Source: Ignavibacteriota bacterium (GTDB lineage: Bacteria; Bacteroidota; Ignavibacteria; UBA10030; UBA6906). From it: a stretch of 64,000 nucleotides of DNA. The notes under the pieces are model-generated. The model saw nothing but the letters and a program-made list of their open reading frames with translations, had not been told where the DNA came from and searched no databases. Where the stretch lies: NCBI GenBank assembly GCA_963801355.1, contig CAWDEM010000004.1:800001-864000 (forward strand), given 5' to 3'. How positions within the stretch are numbered: position 1 is the first letter of the stretch; each line of letters starts with the position of its first letter. The position numbers and the translations under genes were made by a program. Of this stretch, positions 9,462 to 19,938 are shown piece after piece.

Positions 9462-10994
9462 ATGTCGGAACCGGCAGAGCCTTGTTCGCGTGCGAATATG
9501 GTCAGCTATTCTGTAGGGGAATGCGCCAATTCTTTGATAATGAATTCGCTTTTCGGGTTTGCCATGCTGTACTACACGGATGCCCTGGGACTGAAGCATT
9601 CAGACGCCGGCATCGCCATGGCAGTAGCAGTGTTCTGGGATGCCATCACCGATCCCGTGATGGGTCATATCACGGACAACACCAGAAGCAGATTCGGACG
9701 GCGTCATCCCTATATCCTGCTGGGAGGGCTGGCAGTGATCGCCGCCTATGTGTTTCTGTGGTATGTCCCGAGTGTGTTTAGAACGAATGCGGAGACGTTG
9801 TTCTGGTATCTTGTCGGCATCAATCTTGTTCAGCGGACAGCCATCACCGTCTTGTACATCCCATACACGGCGCTCGGATTTGAAATGTGCTCCGACTATG
9901 GCGGTCGGGTAAGACTGCAGGGGATCAGATCCGCGATGAATATGCTCGCGAACATTCTGGGTCCGGGGCTGGCATGGTCCGTTTTCTTCTCTCACAACGA
10001 AATCGTCAGGGCGACATCGGTTGAGGAGAACTACTTGCGTATGGGACTAAGTTTCGCCGCTGTGTCCCTCTGCTGCATTCTCTTTGTCGTCGTCGCAACA
10101 AGGAAGTATATGAAGGACAGCAGGCACATGCCGGTCAAGGGTGCTTCTGTCGGCGGCTTCCTGCGGAATATGAAGGAGATCGTTTCGGATTTCTATCCCC
10201 GGTACGCGTTCGTGTTTATTATTGTCGTCACGGTGGGCATTGCACTTGTCAGTTCGTTACAGATGTATCTCTATGAGCATTTCATGAGATTCAGCGGTAT
10301 TGAAAAGTCGGTGGTTCATGGAGGGAGCATGGCTGGTTTTGGTGCGGGTGCATTGATGGCGTCTTTTCTGTCGGGAAAACTGGATAAGAAGGGCGCGGTG
10401 ATATTTGCGGGATCGCTGAGCGTTGCCTGCAATGTCGTGCTTGCCGCGCTGTTTCTTCCGGCCATCTTGACTCCCGGACAGTCTGTGACGATCTCCGCAT
10501 TGACCATTCCGTATGCATTTGTCATTTTTGCGCTTCTCCACGGGCTCTACTGGCTGGGCAACGGTATCATCTTTCCTACCGGCACATCCATGATGGCTGA
10601 CGTTTCGGAAATCAATGGAATCAAGACTGGAATCAACAAAGATGGCGCGTATGCCGCTGTTTTCAGCTTCGCCCAAAAATGTGCGATCTCTATCGCCGTC
10701 CTGGTGAGTGGATACAGCCTGACATTGATCGGGTTTGAACCCGGAAAGGAGGTCGTTCAGGCTCCGGAGACCCTGTGGAGGTTGTGTGCTGTGACACTGC
10801 TGGCAGGTCCTATGATCTCGCTCCTTTCACTAGCTTTGATATGGCGGTACCCGGTCACCCGCGAATTGCTCATGAACTTGAGGTCCGGAAAAGCTGCAGC
10901 GCTGAGGAGTAAGTATACGGCCCAAGCTCCTTGCGGCCCATGCTCGTCAAACGCACGTTGCAGTTATACCTTCGCTGAAGTAAGTTCTGTGTAG
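9462..10994 (+). CDS. MFS transporter, glycoside-pentoside-hexuronide (GPH/MelB-like) family
   Basis: WDAITDPVMGHITDNTRSRFGRRHPY, IPYTALG, SMMADV; about 12 hydrophobic segments; ATG 9462 after GAAGGA. Confidence 0.9.
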   Translation: MSEPAEPCSRANMVSYSVGECANSLIMNSLFGFAMLYYTDALGLKHSDAGIAMAVAVFWDAITDPVMGHITDNTRSRFGRRHPYILLGGLAVIAAYVFLWYVPSVFRTNAETLFWYLVGINLVQRTAITVLYIPYTALGFEMCSDYGGRVRLQGIRSAMNMLANILGPGLAWSVFFSHNEIVRATSVEENYLRMGLSFAAVSLCCILFVVVATRKYMKDSRHMPVKGASVGGFLRNMKEIVSDFYPRYAFVFIIVVTVGIALVSSLQMYLYEHFMRFSGIEKSVVHGGSMAGFGAGALMASFLSGKLDKKGAVIFAGSLSVACNVVLAALFLPAILTPGQSVTISALTIPYAFVIFALLHGLYWLGNGIIFPTGTSMMADVSEINGIKTGINKDGAYAAVFSFAQKCAISIAVLVSGYSLTLIGFEPGKEVVQAPETLWRLCAVTLLAGPMISLLSLALIWRYPVTRELLMNLRSGKAAALRSKYTAQAPCGPCSSNARCSYTFAEVSSV

Positions 10995-11058
10995 TCCAGA
11001 AGCTCTACAGCATGTCGTTTTGGTCTATCGGGATATTCAGCACCAAGGAGAGTCTGAT

Positions 11059-11607
11059 ATGCGCACATGGATCTTTGCCCTTGCACTCATTTGCATAGCA
11101 ACGGCCGCAGAGGCCCAGCTGACCCGCACAGAAGTACTACGAGCCACGACGCCGCTCGACGACGCGAAACTCAATAGCGACGCGGTGCCGGAGGTCTCCA
11201 TCACAGCGGGGCAATTTCGACGCATTCTCGTCGTGCGTGAGAAACATCAAACCGATCTTCTCCAGGGCCTCGAGCGGATAATTGCACAGCACAAGATACG
11301 CAATGCGGTCATCCTCTCGGGGATCGGGTCGGTGCGCAGCATTCACTATCATACTGTCAGCAATGGCACGTTCCCCTCAAAGACCATCGACGTCAAAAAT
11401 CCTGTAGCCCCGGCTGATATCACGGGTATGAATGGTTATGTCATCGATGGCAGGGTCCATGCGCATGTGACATTTGCGGACGCGGACAGGGCATTCGGGG
11501 GGCATCTGGAGCCGGGGACCGAAGTGTTCACGTTTGCCATCGTGACACTTGGAGAGCTGCAGGAGGGCATAGACCTCTCGCGGGTTGACGACAAAACCTA
11601 CCGGTAG
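11059..11607 (+). CDS. PPC/DUF296-domain protein with signal peptide
   Basis: AVILSGIGSV, RVHAHVTF, FGGHL; ATG 11059 after AAGGAG; signal peptide ending AEA. Confidence 0.82.
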   Translation: MRTWIFALALICIATAAEAQLTRTEVLRATTPLDDAKLNSDAVPEVSITAGQFRRILVVREKHQTDLLQGLERIIAQHKIRNAVILSGIGSVRSIHYHTVSNGTFPSKTIDVKNPVAPADITGMNGYVIDGRVHAHVTFADADRAFGGHLEPGTEVFTFAIVTLGELQEGIDLSRVDDKTYR

Positions 11608-11691
11608 CCTGATCGATGTTGGCGCGCTCTAGAAACTCTCAACAAAGAGTTGTGTTCTCTCAGCATAGGTGAATTTCTCTGAGGATTCCAT

Positions 11692-12291
11692 ATGACTCCA
11701 CACACAAACATGGACACTTCACAATCTCCCGAAATTCTTTCGTTCGCTTCGGCGGAGAAGTGGGAGCGTTGGCTCGCGAAGAATCAGGACCTCTCAGTTG
11801 GTGTGTGGCTCCGGTTCTTCAAAAAAGATTCCGGCGTTGCATCGGTGACTTATGATCAGGCGCTGGAGGTCGCGCTTTCGTGCGGTTGGATCGACGGGCA
11901 GCTGAAATCGTACGACCCGAAATCGTATCTGCGTAAATTCACTCCACGCCGGGCGAAAAGCTCCTGGTCGAAGCGAAACACTGACATAGTCCGCCGCTTG
12001 ATGAGAGCCGGCAAGATGAAACCTGCCGGCCTGAACGAGGTCCGGGCCGCGAAAGCGGACGGCCGGTGGACGAATGCATATGGCCCCGGAAGCACGATGG
12101 ACCTCCCCGCGGATTTTCTCCGGAGACTTTCCGGAAACAAAAAAGCCGAGACATTTTTTCAAACGCTCACCAGGACAAACACCTATGCCATCGCCTGGTG
12201 GCTGCAAACCGCGAAAAGACCGGAAACGCGGGAAAAGCGGATGAGGGCCATACTTATCATGCTGGCAAAGGGAGAAAAACTTCATGCCTGA
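11692..12291 (+). CDS. YdeI/OmpD-associated family protein
   Basis: ALSCGWIDG, FTPRRAKSSWSKRN, AKADGRW, TAKRPETREKR. Confidence 0.9.
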   Translation: MTPHTNMDTSQSPEILSFASAEKWERWLAKNQDLSVGVWLRFFKKDSGVASVTYDQALEVALSCGWIDGQLKSYDPKSYLRKFTPRRAKSSWSKRNTDIVRRLMRAGKMKPAGLNEVRAAKADGRWTNAYGPGSTMDLPADFLRRLSGNKKAETFFQTLTRTNTYAIAWWLQTAKRPETREKRMRAILIMLAKGEKLHA

Positions 12292-12521
12292 CTACGCTCC
12301 CTGAGGGGGGGGGTACCGGGAACTAAGTGCAGAAACCGTTGGTTCTGATGGATGTGCGGCATGTGCGTGAGATGAAAGTCTGACTCTAGTCCTCCCTCCT
12401 GAATGACTGACTCCGTGCAGCTAACCAGTCTGTGAATCCCATCTCCGCCCGTGACGCACTGACAAAACACCGGCAGAAATCACTATGTGCTATACATTCA
12501 ATAATATACGAGGAGGGTGAG

Positions 12522-13625
12522 ATGAGAGGAAATGAACGTGGGGTCCAAGAGGTAGCGGTCGAGCACGCCACCGCTATTGACGAGCGCAAGATTGAAGCAC
12601 TGCTTGGGAAAGCTGTGACGGACTTCGGCGCTACTATAAGCACATCTATGGCTGTTGTGGGAGACAGGCTTGGCCTGTATAAGGCGGTCGCACGCTACGG
12701 TCCACTGGACTCACAGAAACTCGCCTCGATCACCGGAACACACGAGCGCTATGTACGTGACTGGCTGGTGAACCAGGCAGCAGGCGGCTACATCATGTAT
12801 GATCCGGAAGAAAACCAGTACAGTATGACCCCGGAACAGACAGCCCTGATGGCGGATGAAGACTCTCCATTCTACGTCGCCGGGGGCTTCCAGCTCTTCA
12901 GTGCGCTCATAAAGGCGGAGGGGCGCGTTCTTCACAATATTCGATCCGGAGACGGCATGTACTGGACGGAGCACGATCCTGGGCTCTTTGAAGGGACGGA
13001 ACGGTTTTTCAGGCCGGGCTATGAACAGAATCTGGTTAAGTCGTGGATTCCCGCGCTGAAGGGCGTCGAGGCGAAATTGATCTCGGGTGCACGCGTGGCC
13101 GATGTGGGATGCGGACATGGCGCATCGACGATCATTCTGGCGAAGGCCTATCCGAAATCACGATTCTGGGGCTTTGACTTCCACAACGCATCAATTGCAC
13201 GTGCAAGACTGGCGGCCGAGGAAGCGGGCGTCGCAGACCGCATCACTTTTGAAGTCTCGGGCGCCACGGAGTTTCCGAGGAAGGACTATTCACTCATCGC
13301 GTTTTTTGACTGTCTGCATGATCTACCGGATCCTGTCGGTGCAATTCGTCGGTCACACTCTGCTCTCGCCCCCGACGGAACAGTGCTCATCGTCGAGCCG
13401 ATGGCCACGGAGGACGTCGCGGGGAATCTCAATCCGGTTGGAAGAATATATTCCGCAGCATCGGTATTTGTGTGTATGCCAAACGCCATTGCCGGAGGCG
13501 GCATCCCGCTTGGAACATTGGCCTCCGAAAAATCACTCAGAGAAGTAGTGAACAAGGGAGGGTTATCTCACTTCACGCGCATTGCGGAAACGCCCTTCAA
13601 CAGGATCTTTGAGGCCAAGCCATAG
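12522..13625 (+). CDS. Class I SAM-dependent methyltransferase with N-terminal winged helix (Rv2258c-like)
   Basis: GDRLGLY...ERYVRDWL, VADVGCGHG, FFDCLHD, ETPFNRIFEA; ATG 12522 after GAGGAGG. Confidence 0.9.
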   Translation: MRGNERGVQEVAVEHATAIDERKIEALLGKAVTDFGATISTSMAVVGDRLGLYKAVARYGPLDSQKLASITGTHERYVRDWLVNQAAGGYIMYDPEENQYSMTPEQTALMADEDSPFYVAGGFQLFSALIKAEGRVLHNIRSGDGMYWTEHDPGLFEGTERFFRPGYEQNLVKSWIPALKGVEAKLISGARVADVGCGHGASTIILAKAYPKSRFWGFDFHNASIARARLAAEEAGVADRITFEVSGATEFPRKDYSLIAFFDCLHDLPDPVGAIRRSHSALAPDGTVLIVEPMATEDVAGNLNPVGRIYSAASVFVCMPNAIAGGGIPLGTLASEKSLREVVNKGGLSHFTRIAETPFNRIFEAKP

Positions 13626-13744
13626 CGTCATGTCCCGGAGAACCGTGATGTGAGTCGCGTTCCGTCTGAGAATTTCCGGGTTGCCCGCAACAGGTCTTCC
13701 CGCGGAACAGAACGCTCGCTTTTGCGGTGTTCACCAAATCGGGC

Positions 13745-13772
13745 GGCTGCCGCGTGGATACTGGCGGCAGCC
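13745..13772. terminator. GC-rich hairpin between convergent genes (terminator or REP-like)
   Basis: GGCTGCCGC-N10-GCGGCAGCC perfect 9-bp stem; no clear U-tract. Confidence 0.4.
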
Positions 13773-13827
13773 CCCCGACTCCAGCTCAATCTGAGAGTGT
13801 TGCAGGTCATCGCGAATCCATCGCTCT

Positions 13828-15299
13828 TCAGGGGGAAGCCTTTCGTGCCGACGCATTCAACAGTTCATCCGCGGCATGGACCAGATAGAGGTAACCGGCC
13901 GCGAGAGTGATGACATATTCATTTTCCCCCCAGAGGAAGGGCCAGTCGTCCTTGTTCTCCGGGAAATCGGGCTTGACAATGATAATACCGGGAACCACAC
14001 CGCCAGCGATGAAGGAAAAGTCTGCTCGATTGTTCCCGTAGGCGACTGTCTTTGACACAGCTCCAACCCCCGACACAAACGACGTCGACGAGCCAGGATG
14101 ACACCCGAAGAGGTACGCCAGGGCCCTCAAGGTGAACTCTGCCCCGACAATCTCAGGGAAGGCTTTGTGCAGGAGATAACTCGTATTGGCAAAGCCGACA
14201 ATGTACCCGTTTCCCCCCCAGGTGCCCGTGGAGATGGGAACACCAAAGGGGTTCTGCTTAGAGAGGCCGTCCGCTGGTCACCGTACTCAAGGACGTAGAG
14301 GCCATTCTCCGTGAGAGGTGTGAAATCAATCGTTGCATAGGAATAACGAAGATACTGGCCCCACCGTTTCGGCTCCGATCTGAACACTTCTGTTTCCTCC
14401 CCGCTCCCCGTGACTTTGAACAAGCGTGCAATGGGGAGGCGAAGATCGTTTCTGTCAAGTTCGACAACCGCAATCTTCTTTTGATTGGGATGATAACCCA
14501 TCTGCGAATAGGCAACCACGGGCGGCCGGGTCCACCCCGGGATCGTGCCGGCCGTGAGAACCCACTCGATTACCTTGCCGGCCTTTCCGGCAGGCAGAAT
14601 CGAGCGAACCACAAACCATCCGTTCTGTGCCTTATTGCGGCCGTCATACAGTAACAACTGCCCGGAATTCGAGTATATCGAGACGCGCCTTGCAGGGTCT
14701 TCCGGCGCAAGAACAAGCGAGCGCCCGGACGCGATGGACTTCGGCTCGACGAGACCCGGAGACACCCTTTCCATGGGACCGCCAGCAAACCGTGGAAAGT
14801 ATCCGCTCTTTCCGTCAATCAGGTACGCCTTGCTGAAATACGCGGACGGCAGGAACTCAAGGTTGAACCCGGCCCGACCTTCCAGAGCTTCAGGAAGCGG
14901 CTTCTCAAGGGTAACGGAAATGACGATCGTCCCCGCCTGTGGCGCTACACGCACTGAGTATGCGAAACCATACGAGGGATACCTGAGAAACGCCTCAATG
15001 CTTTGCCCATTTCTATCGACTTTTCGCTCTACAAACTGAGGTACGGGGTCCCATTGCTCCGGCGTCGGGTCGAGCCTGACATCTCCATTGGTCGCGGTCC
15101 TCACCCCGTGATGGATGATCTCGACCCCGCTCATTTTGGAATCGCTGAAGAGCTCGTTGTACCAGTTGCTGTACACCAGAACAGTGTAGTCTCTGGTCTC
15201 AAAGTACTCGAGTTCGTTCAGCCTGGGTCGCTCAGCGTCTTCAGGCGAACAGGTGAGGAGGAGAGGCAGGAGGGGGAACACTGTCAGGCCAACCATCAC
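13828..15299 (-). pseudogene. Glycoside hydrolase family 9, internally deleted and frameshifted
   Basis: The N-terminal part (ATNGDVRL, YSQMGYHPNQKKIAVVELD Ig-like domain) ends at YGDQRTA near 14265. A different frame then reads SKQNPFGVP...YLLHKAFPE...LAYLFGCHP...AYGNNRADFSFIAGGVVPG...WGENEYVI. The catalytic core with the DAGD motif is absent. Confidence 0.85.
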
Positions 15300-15494
15300 G
15301 ATTTCTCCTTGTTATTCCTGGCCCAAGGTAAGGAGGGGAAGCGGTATGAGCAAGGTGAAACATGAGCCCCTTCGTTGTGTTCCGGACCTTGTTGTTAAAT
15401 TTCTATTCGAACGCGGACTTGCACCTGGACGACCAGAGATGTAATTTTGGGTACCTTCATACACTACTTCACACCATGAAAGCACCCGGAACAT

Positions 15495-17624
15495 ATGCCC
15501 CGCATAGCCTCCATGTTCATGATTTGCCTGGGACTCGCCTTGAATCATGTCCTGGGCCAGACACCCGGTAGGGAACCTGCCGTGTTTCAGCCATGTACAG
15601 AGGCGGAGGCCTACACAAAGGCCAGGGTAGTATTGGCGCGCATGACAGTAGACGAAAAGCTCGCGTACATCGGCGGCGACAAATCGTTCTTTATTCGCGC
15701 TCTCCCCCGGCTGGGTCTTCGAGAAGTGTACATGACCGACGCAACACAGGGCGTCCACATCAGGGGATCCTTCCGGGATATCGACCTCTCGAAGTATCAG
15801 CTCGAGCGTTCAACCGCATTCCCGTGCCCGATCCTCCTCGCGGCGACCTGGAATGTCGACCTTGCGTACTCCTACGCAGAAGCGGTAGGAGAAGAGTGCC
15901 GTGCGGGGGGCATCGGGATCCTGCTCGGGCCGGGTATGAACAGCTACCGGCACTCACAGTGCGGGCGGAATTTCGAGTATTTCGGGGAAGATCCGTTTCT
16001 CCGCTCACGCATGATCGAGCACTATGTCCGGGGTGTCCAGAGCACCGGCACGATCGCCACCCTCAAACACTTTGTTGCGAACAATACGGAATTCTATCGC
16101 CGGAAAAGCAATTCCGTTGTCGACGAGCGAACGCTTCACGAGATCTACCTTGCACCGTTCAAGGCCGGCATCGATGCCGGCGCTCGCGCAGTCATGACAT
16201 CGTACAATCTGCTCAACGGAGAATGGTGTGGAGAAAGCAAGCGGGTGATCACCGGCCTGCTCCGGGGAGACCTCGGCTTCAAGGGTCTCGTCATGACTGA
16301 CTGGACATCGGTGCACGATGCTGCGAAGCTCGCCGCATCAGGACAAGATCTCGAGATGCCCCACACCATCGCGCTCGAGAACGGGAAGGAGCTCATCGCG
16401 AAGGGTGCGGTCGATATGCACGACATCGACAGAATGGTGATGAGCATTCTCCAGACGTACTTCGTGATGCGGCTGGATGAACGGGAGGCTTTGCCCGCAT
16501 ACCTCGAGCGGTTTCCCGCGCATGAAGAGATCGGACTCCGTACTGCCGCCGAGGGCATTGTCCTGCTGAAGAATCAACATGGTATTCTCCCCATCGACGG
16601 CCGGGCAAAGGTCATCCTCCTCACTGGGCCGTATGTCGAGAAACCCGTTGCCGGCGGAGGCTCGGCGGAAGTGAAAGGGTACAACCAGCGAACAATGCTC
16701 GATGAGCTCCGGAAGATGTTCGGGGAACGCATAAGGTTTACACAACACCCGAGCGATGCGGAGATACGCTCCGCCGACATCGTGCTGTGCAATGTCGGGA
16801 CGGCCGACAGCGAGGGATGGGATCGACCTTTTGCACTGCCGGATGAACAGGAGGATCTCGTGGGTCGATGTGTCGGCGGGAATCGGAACACGGTTGTTAT
16901 TGTTACTTCGGGGAGCGGTATTCGCATGACCGGCTGGAGTGACAGGGCGGGCGCAATAGTGTATGCCTGGTATGTCGGGCAGTCGGGCAACACCGCGCTT
17001 GCGGAGATTCTTGCGGGAAAGACGAATCCGTCCGGGAAACTCCCGATCACGATTGAGAAGGAATTCCACGATTCTCCAGGTGCGGGGTACATACCGGAAG
17101 GGGAGGAATTGTATACCGATTGGAACGGCGACGCGGAAAAGGCTCATCCGGTGTATGACGTTCGCTACAATGAAGGCATCTTCGTTGGATACAGATGGTA
17201 CGAGAAGAAGAACATCACACCGCTCTTTCCGTTCGGCCACGGATTGTCGTATACGACCTTCGAGTATCGCGATCTCAAAGTCTCGCGTGGGAAGGCCGGA
17301 CAGGGGGTGGTCACTGTGAACTTCACGGTGAAGAATAACGGAGTCCGGGAAGGAACCGAAGTCCCGCAACTGTACGTGCAGGATGTTGCATGCACGGTTC
17401 CGCGGCCGGTGAAAGAATTGAAGGGATTCAGCAGGGTGTCCCTGAAGCCGGGTCAACAGAAGACCATCCAACAGGAGCTCCGAGCTATCGACTTTTCTTT
17501 CTGGGACCCCAAGCAGCGGCGATGGCAAGCCGAACCCGGGGTCTTCCGGATCCTCGTCGGCTCTTCTTCCGCGGATATCCGATTGACTGGCGAGGTCTCA
17601 GTGGAGAGCTTTGGCACTCCATGA
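15495..17624 (+). CDS. Glycoside hydrolase family 3 (beta-glucosidase-like), secreted
   Basis: GRNFEYFGEDP, LKHFVAN, VMTSYN, VMTDW nucleophile, NPSGKLP, PLFPFGHGLSYTTF, Fn3-like C-terminus. Confidence 0.95.
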   Translation: MPRIASMFMICLGLALNHVLGQTPGREPAVFQPCTEAEAYTKARVVLARMTVDEKLAYIGGDKSFFIRALPRLGLREVYMTDATQGVHIRGSFRDIDLSKYQLERSTAFPCPILLAATWNVDLAYSYAEAVGEECRAGGIGILLGPGMNSYRHSQCGRNFEYFGEDPFLRSRMIEHYVRGVQSTGTIATLKHFVANNTEFYRRKSNSVVDERTLHEIYLAPFKAGIDAGARAVMTSYNLLNGEWCGESKRVITGLLRGDLGFKGLVMTDWTSVHDAAKLAASGQDLEMPHTIALENGKELIAKGAVDMHDIDRMVMSILQTYFVMRLDEREALPAYLERFPAHEEIGLRTAAEGIVLLKNQHGILPIDGRAKVILLTGPYVEKPVAGGGSAEVKGYNQRTMLDELRKMFGERIRFTQHPSDAEIRSADIVLCNVGTADSEGWDRPFALPDEQEDLVGRCVGGNRNTVVIVTSGSGIRMTGWSDRAGAIVYAWYVGQSGNTALAEILAGKTNPSGKLPITIEKEFHDSPGAGYIPEGEELYTDWNGDAEKAHPVYDVRYNEGIFVGYRWYEKKNITPLFPFGHGLSYTTFEYRDLKVSRGKAGQGVVTVNFTVKNNGVREGTEVPQLYVQDVACTVPRPVKELKGFSRVSLKPGQQKTIQQELRAIDFSFWDPKQRRWQAEPGVFRILVGSSSADIRLTGEVSVESFGTP

Positions 17625-17638
17625 TGTCTGACCCGCCG

Positions 17639-19843
17639 TCAATGGGCTGCAGGCTGAAACCGGATTGTGCGGAGAGAAAACGACCCGATGGAGATATCGG
17701 CATCGCCGATGGGCGAGCAGGAAATGAGCCCTGAAGCTGAGCCGGAGGGGGCTGTAGACAGCACGCGGAGGGTGTCACTTCTTGGCAAAAACACACCGGT
17801 CGTCTCGTCTGTCCTGATTGGCTTGCCGTCATTGCGCAGCCACGTCACCTGGAAAAGAATAGTCGCGGGCGCCGATCGGGATTCCCCTACGCAGGTGCCG
17901 TAATACAGTGCGCCGCCTTGGGCTGTGAAGTGAATTCCATTCGCTGCAGCGCTGTCCGATTGCTCCGGCCGAGCGACGACCATCTCAGGGCCGTAGACCG
18001 CGGAGTGGGGCTCTTCCTTTACGGCGAAGAGCGCGGTGCCGGGGGTCCGGAAGACCGGAACGACAAACCGTCTCACCAGCCATTCCGGCTTGCATTCGGA
18101 GCCACCCGATCCTTCCCGGATGAGAAGGTGGCTGCTTCCCATGCTGTTGAGTTCCTGCCGCAGACTATCCTCGCTGCCTCCCAGCAGGCCCGTGAGTCGG
18201 CTATAGCGCCACGGGCCGAACACGTCCCCACGAAATTCTCCTTCCGCATAGTAAGCTATGCGCGCATCACCATAGGAGTAGAGGTTGTACGACGATCCGG
18301 CAACGTTGTTCAAATAGTGGACGGCGCCATACGAGGGAAGACGCTTCGCGAGGTATTCAGCGCGTTCCTCCGGTATGGCGGGCGGTGGCCCCATGGAAGT
18401 CACCGTGTGCAGGACGAAACGCCATCCTGGAAGCATGAGAAGTACCGTGACAACAACGGCTGCCAACGTCCTGGCCAGCCTGGATGAGGGGAAGAATTGT
18501 TCGAAAAAGCGGCCCATGCCGGCTGCAGCTAGAACGCAAACGAGCGGCAGCACGGGAATGAGATAGCGGAGGATCTGCGAGGTAAAGAACCAGAAGAACA
18601 TGAAGCCTAGTGTGACGACTGCGATCCTCCGGGCATATGCCTTGCGCGCAATCTCATACATCGCGAAGGGAATGCCAATCAGGAGCGATATCGAGAGCCC
18701 TGCATCCGAGTGAAAATACTCGGCGTGCATGAAGAGGTTCCAGGGGAGGATCAGCAACGCGCGCAAGCTGGTCCCCGTGCCGTATGATGCAAGCAGGTCC
18801 GCGGTCTGTCCCTGCACATCAGCGTCGTTCCAGTATGCGTGACCAAACAGGGAGGAGAAGAAAGGCCATACGGGATTGCCGGTATGGTATGCGTTGTACA
18901 GATACCACGGCAAGGCGGTTATGATGGCGCAAATGGTGAACGTGAACAGCGGTCGTATTGAGCGTCGTTGCAGCAGCACAACGATCAACAGCGCCCCGAG
19001 AGCCAGCGGGAAGAACAGGGCAGAGTACTTGGTTCCCGCCGCGCAACCAATCATCAGGCCGCTCAACACCAGCCAATGGTCGTTCTTGTCTTCATACCAG
19101 CGTTCGAATGAGAGAACTGCCAGTGTCACAAACGCCACGAGCGCCATATCAGTGTAGGCCACTCCCGCCAGGACGAGGAGAATGGAGTTGGAGAGGAGCA
19201 GTGCCGCCCCCCAGTACGAAGCTGCTTTCTGGCCGATATGTCTGAGAAAAGCGGCGACGGCTAATGCGGTGACAAGCAGAAAGATCAGGCTGATGCATTG
19301 TGCAAGGATATCACTGCCCATCATGAGAGCTGACGCGAAGAGCATTTCCACGAGTTGGGGGAATACCGCATAGCGGTACTGGGGTGTCGGTTGCACTGAT
19401 CCCGTCTGTATGTAACTCTGCGCGACCGCCAGATGATACGTGACGGAGTCAGAAGCCGTCGGTGGATACAGGGGAAGCATGAACAGAGGAACAAGCACAA
19501 GAGCAGTGACAAGGGCGACGAGAAGATGGGAACGGAGGATATTCCGTATCCGGATGACCGGTCGGTCGGCCTGAAGGAGAATGAACGCACCTGCGATAAG
19601 GAGCGCAGCGATCGCGAACCCCAGGACCCACGGAGAAAGGAGTCGACTAATCCCGAGGAGAAATACCACCAGCGCAACAATGCCCAACCCGGCAGCGACC
19701 GAGTATGCCGTTTCCTCGGTAAAGGAATCAAAACGCAACCTCAGAAGTTCTGCTGCGGACCGGCCGAGGATGAACGCGACTGCAACGATCATCAGGGTTC
19801 CGGCAACCGTTGTTTCGAGAAACAGGAGGGTATTGAAATTCAT
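17639..19843 (-). CDS. Polytopic GT-C fold (ArnT/PMT-like) glycosyltransferase
   Basis: Many TM segments; DSVTYHL acidic loop, AYTD, GTKYS, PWYLYNAYHTGNPVWPF, RYLIP. Confidence 0.75.
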   Translation of the reverse strand: MNFNTLLFLETTVAGTLMIVAVAFILGRSAAELLRLRFDSFTEETAYSVAAGLGIVALVVFLLGISRLLSPWVLGFAIAALLIAGAFILLQADRPVIRIRNILRSHLLVALVTALVLVPLFMLPLYPPTASDSVTYHLAVAQSYIQTGSVQPTPQYRYAVFPQLVEMLFASALMMGSDILAQCISLIFLLVTALAVAAFLRHIGQKAASYWGAALLLSNSILLVLAGVAYTDMALVAFVTLAVLSFERWYEDKNDHWLVLSGLMIGCAAGTKYSALFFPLALGALLIVVLLQRRSIRPLFTFTICAIITALPWYLYNAYHTGNPVWPFFSSLFGHAYWNDADVQGQTADLLASYGTGTSLRALLILPWNLFMHAEYFHSDAGLSISLLIGIPFAMYEIARKAYARRIAVVTLGFMFFWFFTSQILRYLIPVLPLVCVLAAAGMGRFFEQFFPSSRLARTLAAVVVTVLLMLPGWRFVLHTVTSMGPPPAIPEERAEYLAKRLPSYGAVHYLNNVAGSSYNLYSYGDARIAYYAEGEFRGDVFGPWRYSRLTGLLGGSEDSLRQELNSMGSSHLLIREGSGGSECKPEWLVRRFVVPVFRTPGTALFAVKEEPHSAVYGPEMVVARPEQSDSAAANGIHFTAQGGALYYGTCVGESRSAPATILFQVTWLRNDGKPIRTDETTGVFLPRSDTLRVLSTAPSGSASGLISCSPIGDADISIGSFSLRTIRFQPAAH

Positions 19844-19938
19844 GTGGGCCCGGAGACGTTAGCGCCAATGTACTGACATTCGTGAATTGATGAAAGAATT
19901 GGAATTAATTTGTGGATTTTCTACCTTGCACCGCACCT

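Noticed and set aside
12304-12313. G homopolymer as a phase-variation tract
   Set aside because: Intergenic just after a stop codon, not within a CDS or an evident promoter spacer
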